The position numbers and the translations under genes were made by a program. Positions 13,770 to 27,535 of a stretch of DNA of 64,000 bases are shown here, piece after piece (position 1 is the stretch's first letter; each line of letters starts with the position of its first letter). Source of the DNA: Octopus bimaculoides (taxonomy: Eukaryota); the NCBI RefSeq assembly GCF_001194135.2, contig NC_069002.1:6132014-6196013 (forward strand), given 5' to 3'. The notes under the pieces are model-generated. The model was not told where the DNA came from. It did no database searches and saw only the letters and a list, made by a program, of their open reading frames with translations.

Positions 13770-14277
13770 CAGAGAGAGAGAGTGGGGAAGAGATAGAAAG
13801 AGTGCATGTGTGTGTGAGAGAGAGAGAGAGTGTGTGTGTGTGAGAGATAGAGCATGTGAGAGAGAACGTGTGTGTGAAAGAGACTGCGTGTGAGTGTGTG
13901 TGTGTGTGCTGGGTGTGAGTGTGTGTAAGGGTGTGTGTGTGAGAGAGAGAGAGAGAGAGACGAGAGTGTGAGAGAGAGAGAGAAGGAGAGTGTGTGTGAG
14001 AAAGAGAGAGTGTGTGAGAGATAGCGTATATGAGAGAGAATGTGTGTGTGTGTGTGAGAGAAAGAGAGAGTGTGTGTGAGAGAGCGTATATGAGAGAGAA
14101 TGTGAGAGAGAGTGTGTGTGTGTGTGAGAGAGTGTGTGTGTGAGAGTGTGTGTGTTAGAGAGAGAGAGGGTGTGTGAGAGAGAAAAGGAGAGTGTGTGTG
14201 TGTGAGAAAGAGAGAGTGTGTGTGTGAGAGATAGAGTATATGAGAGAGAATGTGTGAGAGAGTGTGTGTGTGAGTGA

Positions 14278-14308
<31 letters not shown>

Positions 14309-14360
14309 GGGGGGGTGAGAGAGAGAAGGAGAGCGTTTGTGTGTGTGTGTGAATGAGTGA
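13770..14360. repeat. Compound (GA)n/(GT)n microsatellite with internal higher-order repeats
   Basis: Recurrent gagatagcgtatatgagagagaatgtgtg. Confidence 0.9.
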
Positions 14361-15323
14361 GAAAGAAACTAGATAAAAATTTTATTTAAATGTCTACAAA
14401 GACAAACCTGCGTAAAACACTCAAGGATCACTCTAGAGTACCCATTATAGATTAACGTTCTGTGCATTTGTAATGTCTGTCATAGGAATCTTGGCAGTTT
14501 TATAAGCAATTTATTTTTCAAAATGTATTTAAAATCCAATATATATTTTTCCAAAGTGTGAAGCATCAATTATTTTGAAATACTGGAGAAATATTAGGAT
14601 TTTTCTACAGAATTAAGAGCTGCCGAGTCTAAAGAAGCTGTATAACAAATAAAGAAAAGAAAAAATAAATTCCAAATTCTTAAAAGAGTTAGATATGAAG
14701 TAATAAATAAATGTATTAAACATAAGAACGCTCGTACACTTTATGTTGCTCTTTTCCTTTCAATTTCCAAGACAGAGTTTCAAAATTTATTCAGTTTGAA
14801 GCTGAGCATGAGTAATGTTATTTACAACCGAAATGGAAATAATTAAAAAGAAAAAAAAAAAATTTATGAGAATAAACTTAATGAAGAACAAAAAAACCCC
14901 CAAAGATTAGAAAATGCTCTCAGCGTCTACGTTTCATGAATATGAGGAAGTAAAAAAAAAAAAACCATTAAAAAAATATACCTAATATGAAAATAAACAC
15001 CAAAACAAACCATAGAGACAAGACAAACTGATTTAAGATAGGCACACACACACACACACACAAGCACATACACACACAAGCACATACACACTCACAGACA
15101 CACACACACACATACAAAAAAAAAAGAAAGTTGATAGGTGTTAAAAGGCACTTAGAATATATTTTGTTTATAGAATGTTTTCTAAGCTTGATAGTTTTTG
15201 TCCAGTATTTAAAAACTTAAATAAAAATACATCTCTTGTATTATTGATATCAGAAAAAAAAAGAGAAAAAAATGGCTTTAAAAAAGAAATGGATTTGTGA
15301 CCAAACATGTCAAGAACTGAATG

Positions 15324-16138
15324 NNNNNNNNNNNNNNNNNNNNNNNNNNNNNNNNNNNNNNNNNNNNNNNNNNNNNNNNNNNNNNNNNNNNNNNNNNNNN
15401 NNNNNNNNNNNNNNNNNNNNNNNNNNNNNNNNNNNNNNNNNNNNNNNNNNNNNNNNNNNNNNNNNNNNNNNNNNNNNNNNNNNNNNNNNNNNNNNNNNNN
15501 NNNNNNNNNNNNNNNNNNNNNNNNNNNNNNNNNNNNNNNNNNNNNNNNNNNNNNNNNNNNNNNNNNNNNNNNNNNNNNNNNNNNNNNNNNNNNNNNNNNN
15601 NNNNNNNNNNNNNNNNNNNNNNNNNNNNNNNNNNNNNNNNNNNNNNNNNNNNNNNNNNNNNNNNNNNNNNNNNNNNNNNNNNNNNNNNNNNNNNNNNNNN
15701 NNNNNNNNNNNNNNNNNNNNNNNNNNNNNNNNNNNNNNNNNNNNNNNNNNNNNNNNNNNNNNNNNNNNNNNNNNNNNNNNNNNNNNNNNNNNNNNNNNNN
15801 NNNNNNNNNNNNNNNNNNNNNNNNNNNNNNNNNNNNNNNNNNNNNNNNNNNNNNNNNNNNNNNNNNNNNNNNNNNNNNNNNNNNNNNNNNNNNNNNNNNN
15901 NNNNNNNNNNNNNNNNNNNNNNNNNNNNNNNNNNNNNNNNNNNNNNNNNNNNNNNNNNNNNNNNNNNNNNNNNNNNNNNNNNNNNNNNNNNNNNNNNNNN
16001 NNNNNNNNNNNNNNNNNNNNNNNNNNNNNNNNNNNNNNNNNNNNNNNNNNNNNNNNNNNNNNNNNNNNNNNNNNNNNNNNNNNNNNNNNNNNNNNNNNNN
16101 NNNNNNNNNNNNNNNNNNNNNNNNNNNNNNNNNNNNNN
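15324..16138. other. Assembly gap (N); other gaps at 24375-24486, 33612-33621, 36378-36929, 39460-40031, 43623-43632, 53579-54023, 58382-58551
   Basis: N runs. Confidence 0.99.
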
Positions 16139-17447
16139 TGTTAAGGGGAAAAAAATAAAAGAAAGATAACACTATGTTTAGTTTTTATTAAAATATTTGT
16201 GAATGATAAGAATGAAAAGGAAAAAAAAAACACACAAATATTATTTAATCAAACGGTCAAACTACCACCGAGATCAGATCAATAATATTAAATAATAAAA
16301 ACATCAATAAGGGATTTTAGTAAATATTGCTAGTGTTGGATGAAAAGAACATTAATTAGGTCCGATAAAGATAAATAAAAGAAATTAATGAACAAGCTAT
16401 TTTGAGAAAAAAATTTTTTTTTCCATTTATTCTATAATAAGCCATTATTTATTGCTATCAGAACTTCCTAATGGAACCAATAGAATTTCTTTAACTAGAC
16501 CATAAGAACGATGTCTTCCAATCTAAGATATTGTTCATAAAGTATTTAATAACCAAACTTACTCATCCAAAGACTATTAAAAATTACATTTCAAAAGAGT
16601 CTTCAATTTTCTGTCGTTGCTGAGACGAATTTCTTTAGGTTAGGTAGCATTCTGCAGAAATAGAGATGAATGCCATACCTTTCTAAGTTTTAAAGGACAC
16701 GATGTCAAGTTAACTTCCCTGACCTTGAACCCAACCCCAGCCAAATCTACTCTGATTTATATAATAAAAATAATTCATAATTGAAAGAGACAAATAAATT
16801 AAAAACGATGCAGCAACATGGCTGTTGCTGCTGCTGCTGTTGTTCTTGTCTTTGTTGTTGTTGGACAAGAGAAGGCAAATTTAAGCAATTTTGATGCCAA
16901 GGTTAATCTACTCAGTATTAATTAAAGGATTTCAATTAAAAGTGAGTCACCTCGATACTTTCAGTCTCTACAACAATATCAATAATCTCGGAATTAAAAA
17001 TTAACGCCAAGAAACCATAATCATCATCGAAGCGAATTTCCATAAATTTTTCCTAAAATTCTAGATCCAAAAAAGGAAACGTAGGTCATTTACGATGGCC
17101 ACACTATATAAAAAAGAAAATTATAGCCTTAACTCTTACAACAATATGTAAAAAGGCAGGAGGGGAAAATAATTTATTGAATTTTTGCTGCTTGTTTAAG
17201 AGTATGAAGTATGTTTGATGTAAAAACTTAAAATTTTCTTTCCACAAGCACACACAAATATGCATATATATATATATATATATATATACATACACACAAG
17301 TATATATATATACATATATGTGTGTATGTATACATGTATATATATTTATATATACACATAAATATAAATGTATATATATATGCATGTATATATATATGTA
17401 CATATACACCTACATGTATATATGTGTGTGTGTACATATATATACAC

Positions 17448-17489
<42 letters not shown>

Positions 17490-18084
17490 TTGTATGTAGA
17501 TTTATACACACCTATACATACATGTGTGTGTGTATATGCACACGTGTGAATGAATTATTCAAGTGCCAGTAATTCTGCAACAACTACCAGATATTATAAT
17601 TACATGCATGCAAATATCGCCGTTCAAATGTAAATAATTCTTAGAACTTCCTCCAAGCTTCCAATTTTCTCTGTTGCCTTCTCAGAAGAGAGAAGCATAT
17701 GAAGCATATTAGGAATTATTAACAATAGGCTTTAAAGGGTTAAGGTGTTGCCACTTTCAAACCAGGAATGAGGAGTGAAATCTTTATCTATTGCTTCAGA
17801 GTGGTGTACGAAGCAGAAAACTTGACAATTGACAAGTGTTACACTCACGTATAGCGCTGAGCTCAGCATTTACCAAAGAGACGGATTTTGACAAGATGAT
17901 TTACACTTAATCACTACGCTACATGAAGATGATGCCTCTAGTAAGGATCCAGTGAATCTAAAGAGCTTTCTGACATACTTGTGTTAGCTTATAATTCATC
18001 TACAGCCAATAATTAACACTTGTCTATGGCTGACCTCAGGTTAAACATTGAGATCAACAAGCTAAGAAGAGAGACTCTAAACCA

Positions 18085-18230
18085 ATGGTTCTCAACCAGG
18101 GTCCACATGGCCCCTGAGCGTTTGTATAAGATTTTTGGGGGTCCAAGCAGCAAAATAGTAAATTGGAGATCCACAATAGTATTTTGAGGGCTCCTGAAAA
18201 AATTTTGCTTTCGATGTTTATGGAGAAAAG
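18085..18230 (+). mobile_element. hAT-like MITE end
   Basis: caatggttctcaaccagggtcc; related termini at 46616 (cagtgcttcttaaactatgggtc) and 56565-56582 (gttgagaaccatcg). Confidence 0.45.
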
Positions 18231-18285
18231 ACAAAAACATTTTCTTTCTTGGACGAAATTTTTGAAATGGCTGTCATAAACTTAC

Positions 18286-18409
18286 CATAGGGAAGTTCAA
18301 ATCGGGCATCAATAAGAATGCTGTGACCAGTGGAGCCTCGAGTTCCAATAATTTCCCCATTCTTCATGATCAATTCACCATCCAAGGAAAACCATTTGCC
18401 CTGGCCTTC
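18286..18409 (-). CDS. unc-13: Unc-13/Munc13 C2A C-terminal exon (homologous to vertebrate UNC13 exon 5)
   Basis: ctttttatag|GAAGGCC...CCCTATG|gtaagt; 124 nt, phase 0 to 1; EGQGKWFSLDGELIMKNGEIIGTRGSTGHSILIDARFELPY vs recalled UNC13B [41 protein letters not shown]. Confidence 0.93.
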
Positions 18410-19289
18410 CTATAAAAAGTAAAAAAAGAAAAAAATTTGGAAAAGTTAATTTTTTTATCAATGGGAATCATATAGAAATGAAAAAAAAAAAAGGCATCTG
18501 TGTACAGATAAATTTTTTCACAAATTATAGTGTATCTTACAATGCATTGTTCATCCATGCTTTTTAATTGAACTGAATTAAGCTTCGTAAGTGTTTGACT
18601 GAAAGAAGATTAGCAGTCTAAATAGATGACAGCTAAAAGTAGACTTGATCGATGTCTATGCCAAATGCATGAGTAAAATTTGCTTATGACTAAATAAATT
18701 ATTATTCAAACAATAAACATGATTATGAAAAAGAGGGTGAACAAAGGGAAATACTTATAGAAAATATTGCATAGAATTTGAGAAGTGTTTTCAACATCTT
18801 TCAATGATGGCAGGCGAATCAAACCTACCACAGTTCATTGTAGGATATAAAAAATATGACTGCTTGCATATCGGGAAATTTGTAAGTTCAGTTTTTTTAA
18901 AATTTCATTAATTTTTTTTTAGTATCACCACTATAGGTATTTGCACCCCGGTGAAATCAAGAAATCAACTCGTAAATAAATGAAACCTTCAAATCGACCA
19001 CTGCAGACACACACGTACACACTAGAGAGGGAGAGAGAGAGAGACAGACAGAAAGACAAAGAAGGAGAGGGGGAGACAGATAAATGCATGTACATCAAAT
19101 ATATGTATCTATGTATGTGTGTATGTATATATATAAAACAATAATAAATGAGTATATGCATATATACGTACAGGTATGTGCATACCTACGTCTACCTGTA
19201 TATATAGGTGCATATCTGGGTACAGGACATTGCAAACAAAACGTAGACAAGAAAATAATAATAATAATCAGAGTACAGAAAACACACAA

Positions 19290-19650
19290 GCCACACAGAG
19301 AACATTTTCCTTCATCAGCTACCCCCGTTTTGACATCGGCGTTTCGAAGAGTTGAGCAGGACGCATCGTTAAAATGGCTCTTCCCATGGACCGCAAATTA
19401 AATTTGTATACACAAATTAAACCTGTGCCATGGAGGAATGTAGTGGCGTACGAAAAACAAGACAGGAAAACAAACGGAAAAGAAAACAAGACAGGAAAAC
19501 AAACGGAAAAGGCTGTGCGGCCAGACGTGAAAAAATATGTGTATATGAACGCTGTGAGGCATGAACTGAGAGTGGGGACGAAGTAAGTTCGCGTGTTTGC
19601 TCGGCGATAGCCAAGGAAGAAAAGAATTAGTGACCGGAAGCACGTGACCA
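19290..19650. promoter_or_regulatory. CpG-rich promoter-like island within the unc-13 intron
   Basis: Many CpGs in a CpG-poor background; ETS-like CCGGAAG (19634-19640) abutting E-box CACGTGAC (19641-19648); Inr-like TCAGTT on minus strand (19569-19564); plus-strand donor GAA|gtaagt at 19583. Confidence 0.35.
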
Positions 19651-20776
19651 AGCTGGGGTAAGGGAGAGAGAGTGGTAGAGGGAGAAACAAAGGGAGGAAG
19701 TAGAAGAATAGATGAGCAACGAGAGACAGAGAGGAATATAGTAGTGACAGAAGGAAGAACGAGAGGGGGAAAAGGTGATAGAGAAAGAGATAGAGTCGCG
19801 TCAGAAAATATAAAGTTGAAAACTACTTACAACAGGGATGACGCAGGCGTTATATATATATATATATATAAGTATACACACTTGGGTATATATATGTGTG
19901 TATACATATAAGTATACACAAGTGTGTATACATACATATATATATATACAGATTTGTGTATATATGTACATATATATAAGTATACACATATGTAAGTATA
20001 TCATCAACATCATTTAACATTCATTTTTTCCATACTGGCATGGGTTGGACAGTTTAGCAGAAGATGGCAAGCGAGAAGGCTGCACCAATCTTCACTGTCT
20101 ATTTTGGCAGAGATTTTATGGCTGGATGCCCTTTCTAACACCAACCACTTTACAAAGTAGACTATACATATATAAAGTATATGTATGTATATATACACAC
20201 ACATGCATACATATATATGAGATATGTGAGAATGCCCTTGTGTGTGTACACACACACATGTACATATATAGTCACACACTTTTGATCAATTCATTAAATT
20301 CAAAGAACTACAAAAATCCAAGATATCATCCTAAAATTACAAGACGAATGTTACCACACAAAAAAATAATAATAAAAAAATAAACTGCAGCAATAAAACA
20401 TGTCACAGAACGCTAAAGAATGAAGTATGACAAAACCACCAAGTTGATATTTCATATCGATAAAGTTATTAATAAATTTGACAACTCAGTTCAATACAAA
20501 GTGCTTTTCAGATTTTGAAATGGTCATGTTGCAGTTAGATAGAACCAGTATCCCACTTCACTACTTTATTCAACGTCTGTAAGAATGTGGTAGTTTTTCT
20601 AAGTAAGTTAATAGGATTTGCAATCAAGTGTTGTTGATTTTTATTTCAGTGGACATCTCCAACACGCACACATTCACATATATATAAGTGAATGAACAAA
20701 GAAAAGAAAGTGGCACTGTACACATGTATATGTGGGTGTGTGAGTGAGTGAATATGTATATATCTAAGTCTATGTA

Positions 20777-20823
<47 letters not shown>

Positions 20824-20824
20824 G

Positions 20825-21528
20825 TCAGTAAATAGTGGGGTTGTGTTAACTGCACGTGGAGAAATAATAGGAAAATGAAAAATAATAATAAGGCAGAATG
20901 CTAAACTGGAAGCATATTTTAATAAAGATTTCTAACCGGCTTTCATTGCATAGCAAATTTTCAAGAAGAGGAAGAATGAAAATGTTTTTTACAAAGAAGT
21001 ACAAAATGAAGAAAATAATATATAAAAAAATAAATATACCAATACATTATATTGTCTTTGAGCTTTTGAAGTTCAATGGTAATTCATGTAGATAATGGTT
21101 GGAAAAATAAGGATGCATGAGAATGGAGAGTTGTGTTAGGTTTAAAAAAAGAGAAAATGGGCTAAAAGTTTGTGTTAAGCAGGAAGTGTGGTGTCAGAAC
21201 AGGAAGTGTGAGTAAGGGAAGACAAATCATTTTAGTTGGAGTTATGAACTCTTTTTCAACAGGAAGTTTATGTCTGTTCCATGTGTTTTTTATTTTACCT
21301 TATTTTTGGATTTATTATAATATTTGAAGGTTTTATAATACCTGTGTTTACATGATGTTATCGCATCTAATCTATTATTTATTAAGTTATCTAGTTTATA
21401 TAGTAATATATTCAGCGATTCTAATGTGCATAAACGGCAATTATTTGATTTATGTGTGTATGGTGTGGCAGAATCTATTATTGACCAGTTTAGTTTATAA
21501 TTAATTTTATTAAGTTTTTGTATATATG
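20825..21528 (-). mobile_element. Penelope-like element 3' end (GIY-YIG C-terminus plus 3' region)
   Basis: LNWSIIDSATPYTHKSNNCRLCTLESLNILLYKLDNLINNRLDAITSCKH, stop at 21290; fits the W..I....PY...C.LC..E...LN.R......C.H tail of PLE GIY-YIG endonucleases. Confidence 0.8.
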
Positions 21529-22129
21529 TTCCAGGGTCGATTTCTTCGACAAAAAGGCAGTGCTGCAGCATGGACACAGTCAAAATGACTGAAACACATG
21601 GAAGAATCAAAGAACAGGCTCTAGATGTACTACTGAGTATTTTCCCAATGAAATTTCTCTCTCCCAAATTTATTCATAAAAAGGCATTGGTCAACCTAAG
21701 GCTTTAGTAAAACACACTTTCCCTTCCTTATGTTTACTAATGCCACATTGACAGGTCAAACCTAGAAACTACATTTACAAAAATACATTGCTCAACAAAG
21801 CAGCCACATCTCAATTAACAGAAATAACTAAACCATTCTCGAAGTTGTAATATGAACATTATTTTACCTTCAGCAAATAGGTTGAACTAGATCCAGTAAT
21901 AGGAGCTCTTACCCATATTAATAACTGCTTAATAAGCATTCCTCTTTTTACATTTAACATTTTTCCTATTTATAGACGGCATAAAATGACAGACGTGCGC
22001 ATACATAATTCTTATATTTATTGATTTACCTAATTGCATTTATTCTTTTTGTCTTATTCTTCCTTGCATCATCACATCACTGAACGCCTTCTAGTGACTA
22101 TTTTGATTAAACACTATACGCTTGCTTCG

Positions 22130-22330
22130 GAATTTTCCGTCGCAGAAAGAAGAGTAAAATTTGCAGGTCGTGTTTTCCAAACAGAGAAGGACAAATAACC
22201 GAGACATCTTCTTTACAATGGGTACCACCAAAGGGATGACGATATGGAGGAAGATGCAAGAAGACACTGCACAGCATTTTCAAAGAAGATCTGAAGACCT
22301 AGGAAGACACAGATGACTATGCTCAAAAGT
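22130..22330 (+). mobile_element. RTE-clade LINE fragment (post-RT region)
   Basis: Frameshifted RRVKFAGRVF...LQWVPPKG*RYGGRCKKTLHSIFKEDL. Confidence 0.55.
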
Positions 22331-22959
22331 GGTATCTTTTAAGACATCTTGTTACCCAGAAGGAACTAAATCTCTGATACAAAGATGGTTCCTAATTGCC
22401 TTTCTCCAAGAATATTAATTTTTAATTTTATTTTTTTGCAGATACAAACTTGGTTATGTGATAAGAAGTTTACATTCCGACCACAAGCTTCTTGGTTCAA
22501 TTCAACTGTATAGCACCTTGGGCTACTGCCTTCCACTATATTCCCAGACCAACCAAAGCCTTATGAGAAGATTTGTTTGATGGAAACTGAAAGAAGCCCA
22601 TCCTGTGAGTGTGTGTGCATGTTGTATGTCTTTCTGTTTGTCATAGTTTCAGGTAATCCATGGTTGACTTAAATTTATAATTAAAGGTATCACATTCATA
22701 AACAAGCAGTACTTATCGTTTTTTTTTCTGAAGTGAGGTAGTGTTTCTTTTTGTGGGGATAGTCTATCGAGGAATATACTATCTAATATCTGAATCATCC
22801 TTCTTTTTTTTAAGTGTGAGATGATGGAAATTTCTCTACTATTTCTAACATATTGAATACCTACATGTGGTATATATATGCACACACACACACAATAAAG
22901 CCCCTCAATAAAGCCATCTCTACTCATTCTTTCAAACATCTATATATATATATATATAT

Positions 22960-23135
22960 ATTATATGTCTTCAATACCCTCCCGAAGGACCTGAGGGGGC
23001 TACATGGGGTGGATATAGGTGTTTACACAATGAAACTGGACCTCTTACTGTCAAGTATCCCAGATGAACCAACTTCACAGCAGGTAGTGCAGATGAGGGT
23101 AGCAATATCAAACTGCCTCATGTCTATTTCTAAAT
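22960..23135 (+). mobile_element. CR1/L2-type LINE ORF2 C-terminal fragment
   Basis: FNTLPKDLRGLHGVDIGVYTMKLDLLLSSIPDEPT fits the FN.LP..LR....F..KLD.FL..IPD.P motif. Confidence 0.7.
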
Positions 23136-23149
23136 GTTTTGCAAACAAC

Positions 23150-23460
23150 TTGTACATGCAAGCGCTACCAGTCGAGAACTCTGCATACCGGAAGCCAGCA
23201 AGTGCATGGGGTCATCAGGAGAGAATGTGCACCATTTAAGGGCCTTCCTCTCGATAGCATCAATGCGCATCCCCCCACCACTGATATGAGGCCCTGCTTG
23301 CTAGACCAACTGGTTATCAAATAAAGTTCAATATTCTTCTAGCCATCACTCACCTTCTCTTTTTAACCAAATCCAGTGGCTAGCCTTTTCCACTGTAGTT
23401 TGGATATCAGCCATGGTGGTATTTACTTTACCATGAGTTAGGTCTAACAATAACAACAGT
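23150..23460 (-). mobile_element. Hero/NeSL-like (RLE) non-LTR retrotransposon 3' end
   Basis: TTMADIQTTVEKASHWIWLKREGE resembles the recalled E.AS.W.WL.R C-terminal motif, followed by a GC-richer 3' UTR. Confidence 0.5.
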
Positions 23461-24547
23461 CAGGCTTTCAATTTTTTCTATCAAATCCATTCACAGGCCT
23501 AAAGTAGAAGATACCTTCCCAAGGTTCCACATAGTGGCACTGAACCTGAAACCATGTGGTTGGGAAGCAAACATCTTAACCACACAGCTACACCTGTGTG
23601 TATAACGACAACAACAAAAAAAGAAAAAAGATGGGATGGCCATAGCTGGAATCCCTTTGATCATCAGCCTCCCCCACCCCATGACTAACCTAGGGTTAAA
23701 TAACGTCTTTTAATGTTAACTCCCTGTCAGCTTTGTACTTTATTTCAATATAGATTGGTTCAAGTTTCCTTTGAAGTAAATATACGCCACCACCTTTTGA
23801 ACTCTGCTACAAGAAACCAATAAAAACCAATGTGGAACACAAGCATTATGGATATCTTGAAGAAAATCTTAATTCCTTGATTTCGTGTCCTAGATACTTT
23901 TTTTCCTTCTCTTTTACCGATTTTTTTGTTTTTTAATTTTTTGTTAATGTTCCTCTCCACAAAAACCATTCTATAAAAAATGTCCAGACCACACTTCCAT
24001 CCAAACCTAAGGTTGTGTGAAACAATGAGGGGAACCTGTACTTGGTCACTGAACCTGCTAGAAATAGCAGTAAAATATCCATCAAATTGTACCCTGCCTC
24101 TGAAAAAATGAGCGTTTATATTAAATACTGTAGTTCTATATACCCAGAATAAACTGCTTAGCAGCATTTCTTTCGAATGTTTACATTCTGAGTTCAAATC
24201 TTGCTGAGGTCAACTTTCTCTTTCATAGCTTTGGATTTGTTCAACTAAACCCTTCAAGGAAGTGCCCCACTATGGCCACAGTCTAATGACTGGAACAAGT
24301 AAAAACAAAACAAGGTGTGGGTGCTTATTAAATTTAATGTTAAAAAAAACGTTGAATTAAGGATTAAAAGTTGTNNNNNNNNNNNNNNNNNNNNNNNNNN
24401 NNNNNNNNNNNNNNNNNNNNNNNNNNNNNNNNNNNNNNNNNNNNNNNNNNNNNNNNNNNNNNNNNNNNNNNNNNNNNNNNNNNNNNATATATATATATAT
24501 ATATAACAATTGTAGTGATTAATAAAAATTCTCATATCTTTCATTTA

Positions 24548-24582
<35 letters not shown>

Positions 24583-24584
24583 TT

Positions 24585-24775
24585 GTGCCTGTGACATGTA
24601 AAAGGCACCCACTACTACACTCTTGGAGTGGTTGGCATTAAGATGAGCATCCAGCTGTAGAAACCAAGCTAAAATCAGAGCCTGGTACAGCCCTCTGGCT
24701 TACCAATTCCAGTCAAACTGTCTAACCCATGCCAGCATGGAAAACGGACACCAAATGAAAATGATGATGATGATG
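24585..24775 (+). mobile_element. RTE-type 3' end copy
   Basis: ...ccatgccagcatggaaaacggacaccaaatgaaaatgatgatgatgatg. Confidence 0.65.
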
Positions 24776-26190
24776 CTGGTAATGATATGTATATATATAT
24801 TAAAATGTGGTTATACATTATTTGGCAGATCTGTGCAATTTGTGACAGAATGGGAAATGAAATCTTAAGATATTGATTATGACAATGATGATGCTGAGGC
24901 TACAATTATATCTATTAACTGAAAACTTTCATTTTAGAGAATAAAGAATATTGACCGATCTCTATTTATCCTGACAGGAAGAAATAACAGTTTTCGAAAA
25001 TTCATTTAACCACTAAGAATGCGAGCTGTTCTGTTTTCAAAAGCTCCCATCACTATTATTATCGGATATATCTGGCAAATATATATAAAGAAAAAAAAGC
25101 TTCTATCAGCAATTTTCAGAATGATGACAAAGAAAATAATTTCTTTGAAAGTATTATTGCAGAAAACGCTCTTGTTTGCAGTCTTTAAAATATTTTAATA
25201 TTCAATACACACTTTGGACAACGAGGAATTTTCCCTGATATTTTTGATGTGAATATTCATTACAGTTTTCATCGTACACATACGTAGGTGAGAGAGCATC
25301 GAGTCAGTAGTTCTTGACACAGCTTTATATCACCTTTCCACGTGGCTGTGTGGTTGAGGAGTAAAGTTCTCAATCACATGGGTTCAGGTTCAGTTCTACT
25401 GCCAGGTACCTTCCACCAAAGCATCAGGTTGGTCATTGTGGGACATGGAATATTTACGTACATATATTGACACAAGGATGGCTTTGATTACCAAAGATGA
25501 CTCAGCTAGATATTTTAGGAATTCATTAAGAGGGTTAAAAATTGGAAAAAATGAATAAAAGGCTACACTAATGTAATGTGTTTTTGTATTCGTCATGTTG
25601 TATCTGCAAATAATATAGTAGGCAGCTTGATATCTAATGAACTGAATGTTTGTATATTTATGGTACGATTTTTTTATTGCACAAAACTTGTAATCCTTTG
25701 CAAGAATTTATTATTTGCATTCTTTTACAACTCTGCAACAAGTAATCACTCACGTCAATGTGTTTTCAGAAAACAAATTTGCTCCATCCTGCAGTGGCAA
25801 GCATTTAAGCTGATGGTGATAATGAAATCAAGATGAACAACAATATAATCAAGGGTGAAGATAATGAAATTAAGGCTGAACGATGACAAATTAGAGGTTG
25901 ACATTGATGAAACTGAAGTTGATAACAACAAATTTGAGGGGTAAATCCTGTGCATGCATATATGTATGTATGATGTGTGTATTTATATGTATGTATATAT
26001 GTATGTATATTGTGGTTTTAGAGTCAGAATTTGACTGCTATTTTTCAGCGTGGCGGTATCTCTTAGATACCCTGTATTATAATTTTAAATAATTATTACC
26101 TTTGATGGTTTTTATTCCCATGCTGGCCACTTGATAAGATCAATATTTTAAATATCGATCTTATCCTTATTTATATAAATATATGTATGT

Positions 26191-26221
<31 letters not shown>

Positions 26222-27334
26222 TGTACATACATACATACATACATACATATAGAAAAAAACCTGTCATGAAATGTTCTGAAGTGTATTCTGTTTGTTACGT
26301 TACAACATAATTATATCTATGGGAGTACACATATATATTCATATGTATATCCATTTATATACATGTGTAAAAGATGATATAACACCTATATAATGAACAC
26401 AGGTTATGAAACAACTGTCAACTAATGGTCTGTGCCTGATGAATATGTTTGAGATATTTCTCAACATATGAAACTATTAGTAGCACTTAAAGACATGTAT
26501 TGTGTCCTTTAAATAAATAAATAATATATAGATATATATACATATATATATACATTCAGTATTCTGTTTTACTTCTGTCTACCAAATCCACTCACGAGTC
26601 TTTGGTTGGCCAAGGGTTATAGTAGAAGTCACTTGCCCAATGTGCTAGACAAAGGGGCTGAACCTGGAACCCTGTGGTTGGGTAGCAAACTTCTCCAGAG
26701 AATAATCTATTAATTCTTTCAATAGGAATTAATTTCCATTGATCCAACCGTTTTACTTTTGTGAAGAGAAGAGGAAAATATTTCATACTCAGTTATTTCA
26801 TGGCGATAATAATTAAAAGCTCCACTGTAGAAATTGTATTTAATCAATTTATTTTGCAGTTATGAAGATAATAGAAACGATAAAAGTTCCAATCGCTGAT
26901 GTGTATTTTGATCAAAGCTGGATCTCTTCAGTGCGGTGCCAAATTTTAGACTATTTGTGAGAAGCAAGCCAGATCATCATCATCATTTTCATGTCTGCTT
27001 TCCTATGCTTACATGAATCAAACAAAATTCATGGAGGCGGGTTTTCTATGGACGGAAGCTCATCCTGTTGCCAACCCTGGCCTGTTTCCAAATAAGACAA
27101 TGCTATTTCCCTTAGTCCTTTGTGCATGAACAGCACAACAGCCAGACATGTTTTCATGGAAGATTGCAAAAAAAAAAAAATAATAAAATAAAAACATTAG
27201 CACATAATGCCAAAAGAAGGAGACCCATGCACATGCATACTTGTACACACATGTGTGTATGTGTACGAGTCTGCATGAGTACTGTGGGCTTCTTTCAGTT
27301 TCCCTTTGCAAATCCAATCACTACCTGATTGGCC

Positions 27335-27535
27335 CGACTGGCTCCCATGCTGGTGGCATGTAAAAAGCATCCACTACACTCTTGGAGTGGTTGGCATTAG
27401 GAAAGGCATCCAGCTGTAGAAACATTGCCAGATCAGATTGGAGCCTGGTGCAGACGCTGGCTTTCCAGACCTCAGTCAAACCGTCCAACCCATGCCAGCA
27501 TGGAAAACGGACTTTAAACGATGATGATGATAATG
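27335..27535 (+). mobile_element. RTE-type 3' end copy
   Basis: ccgtccaacccatgccagcatggaaaacggactttaaacgatgatgatgat. Confidence 0.7.

Noticed and set aside
16678-16745. Possible phase 1 to 0 exon (D)LAGVGFKVREVNLTSCPLKLRK after ELPY
   Set aside because: Poor acceptor and no similarity to the expected post-C2A helix (DIPEEEA...); the true exon may be in gap 15324-16138
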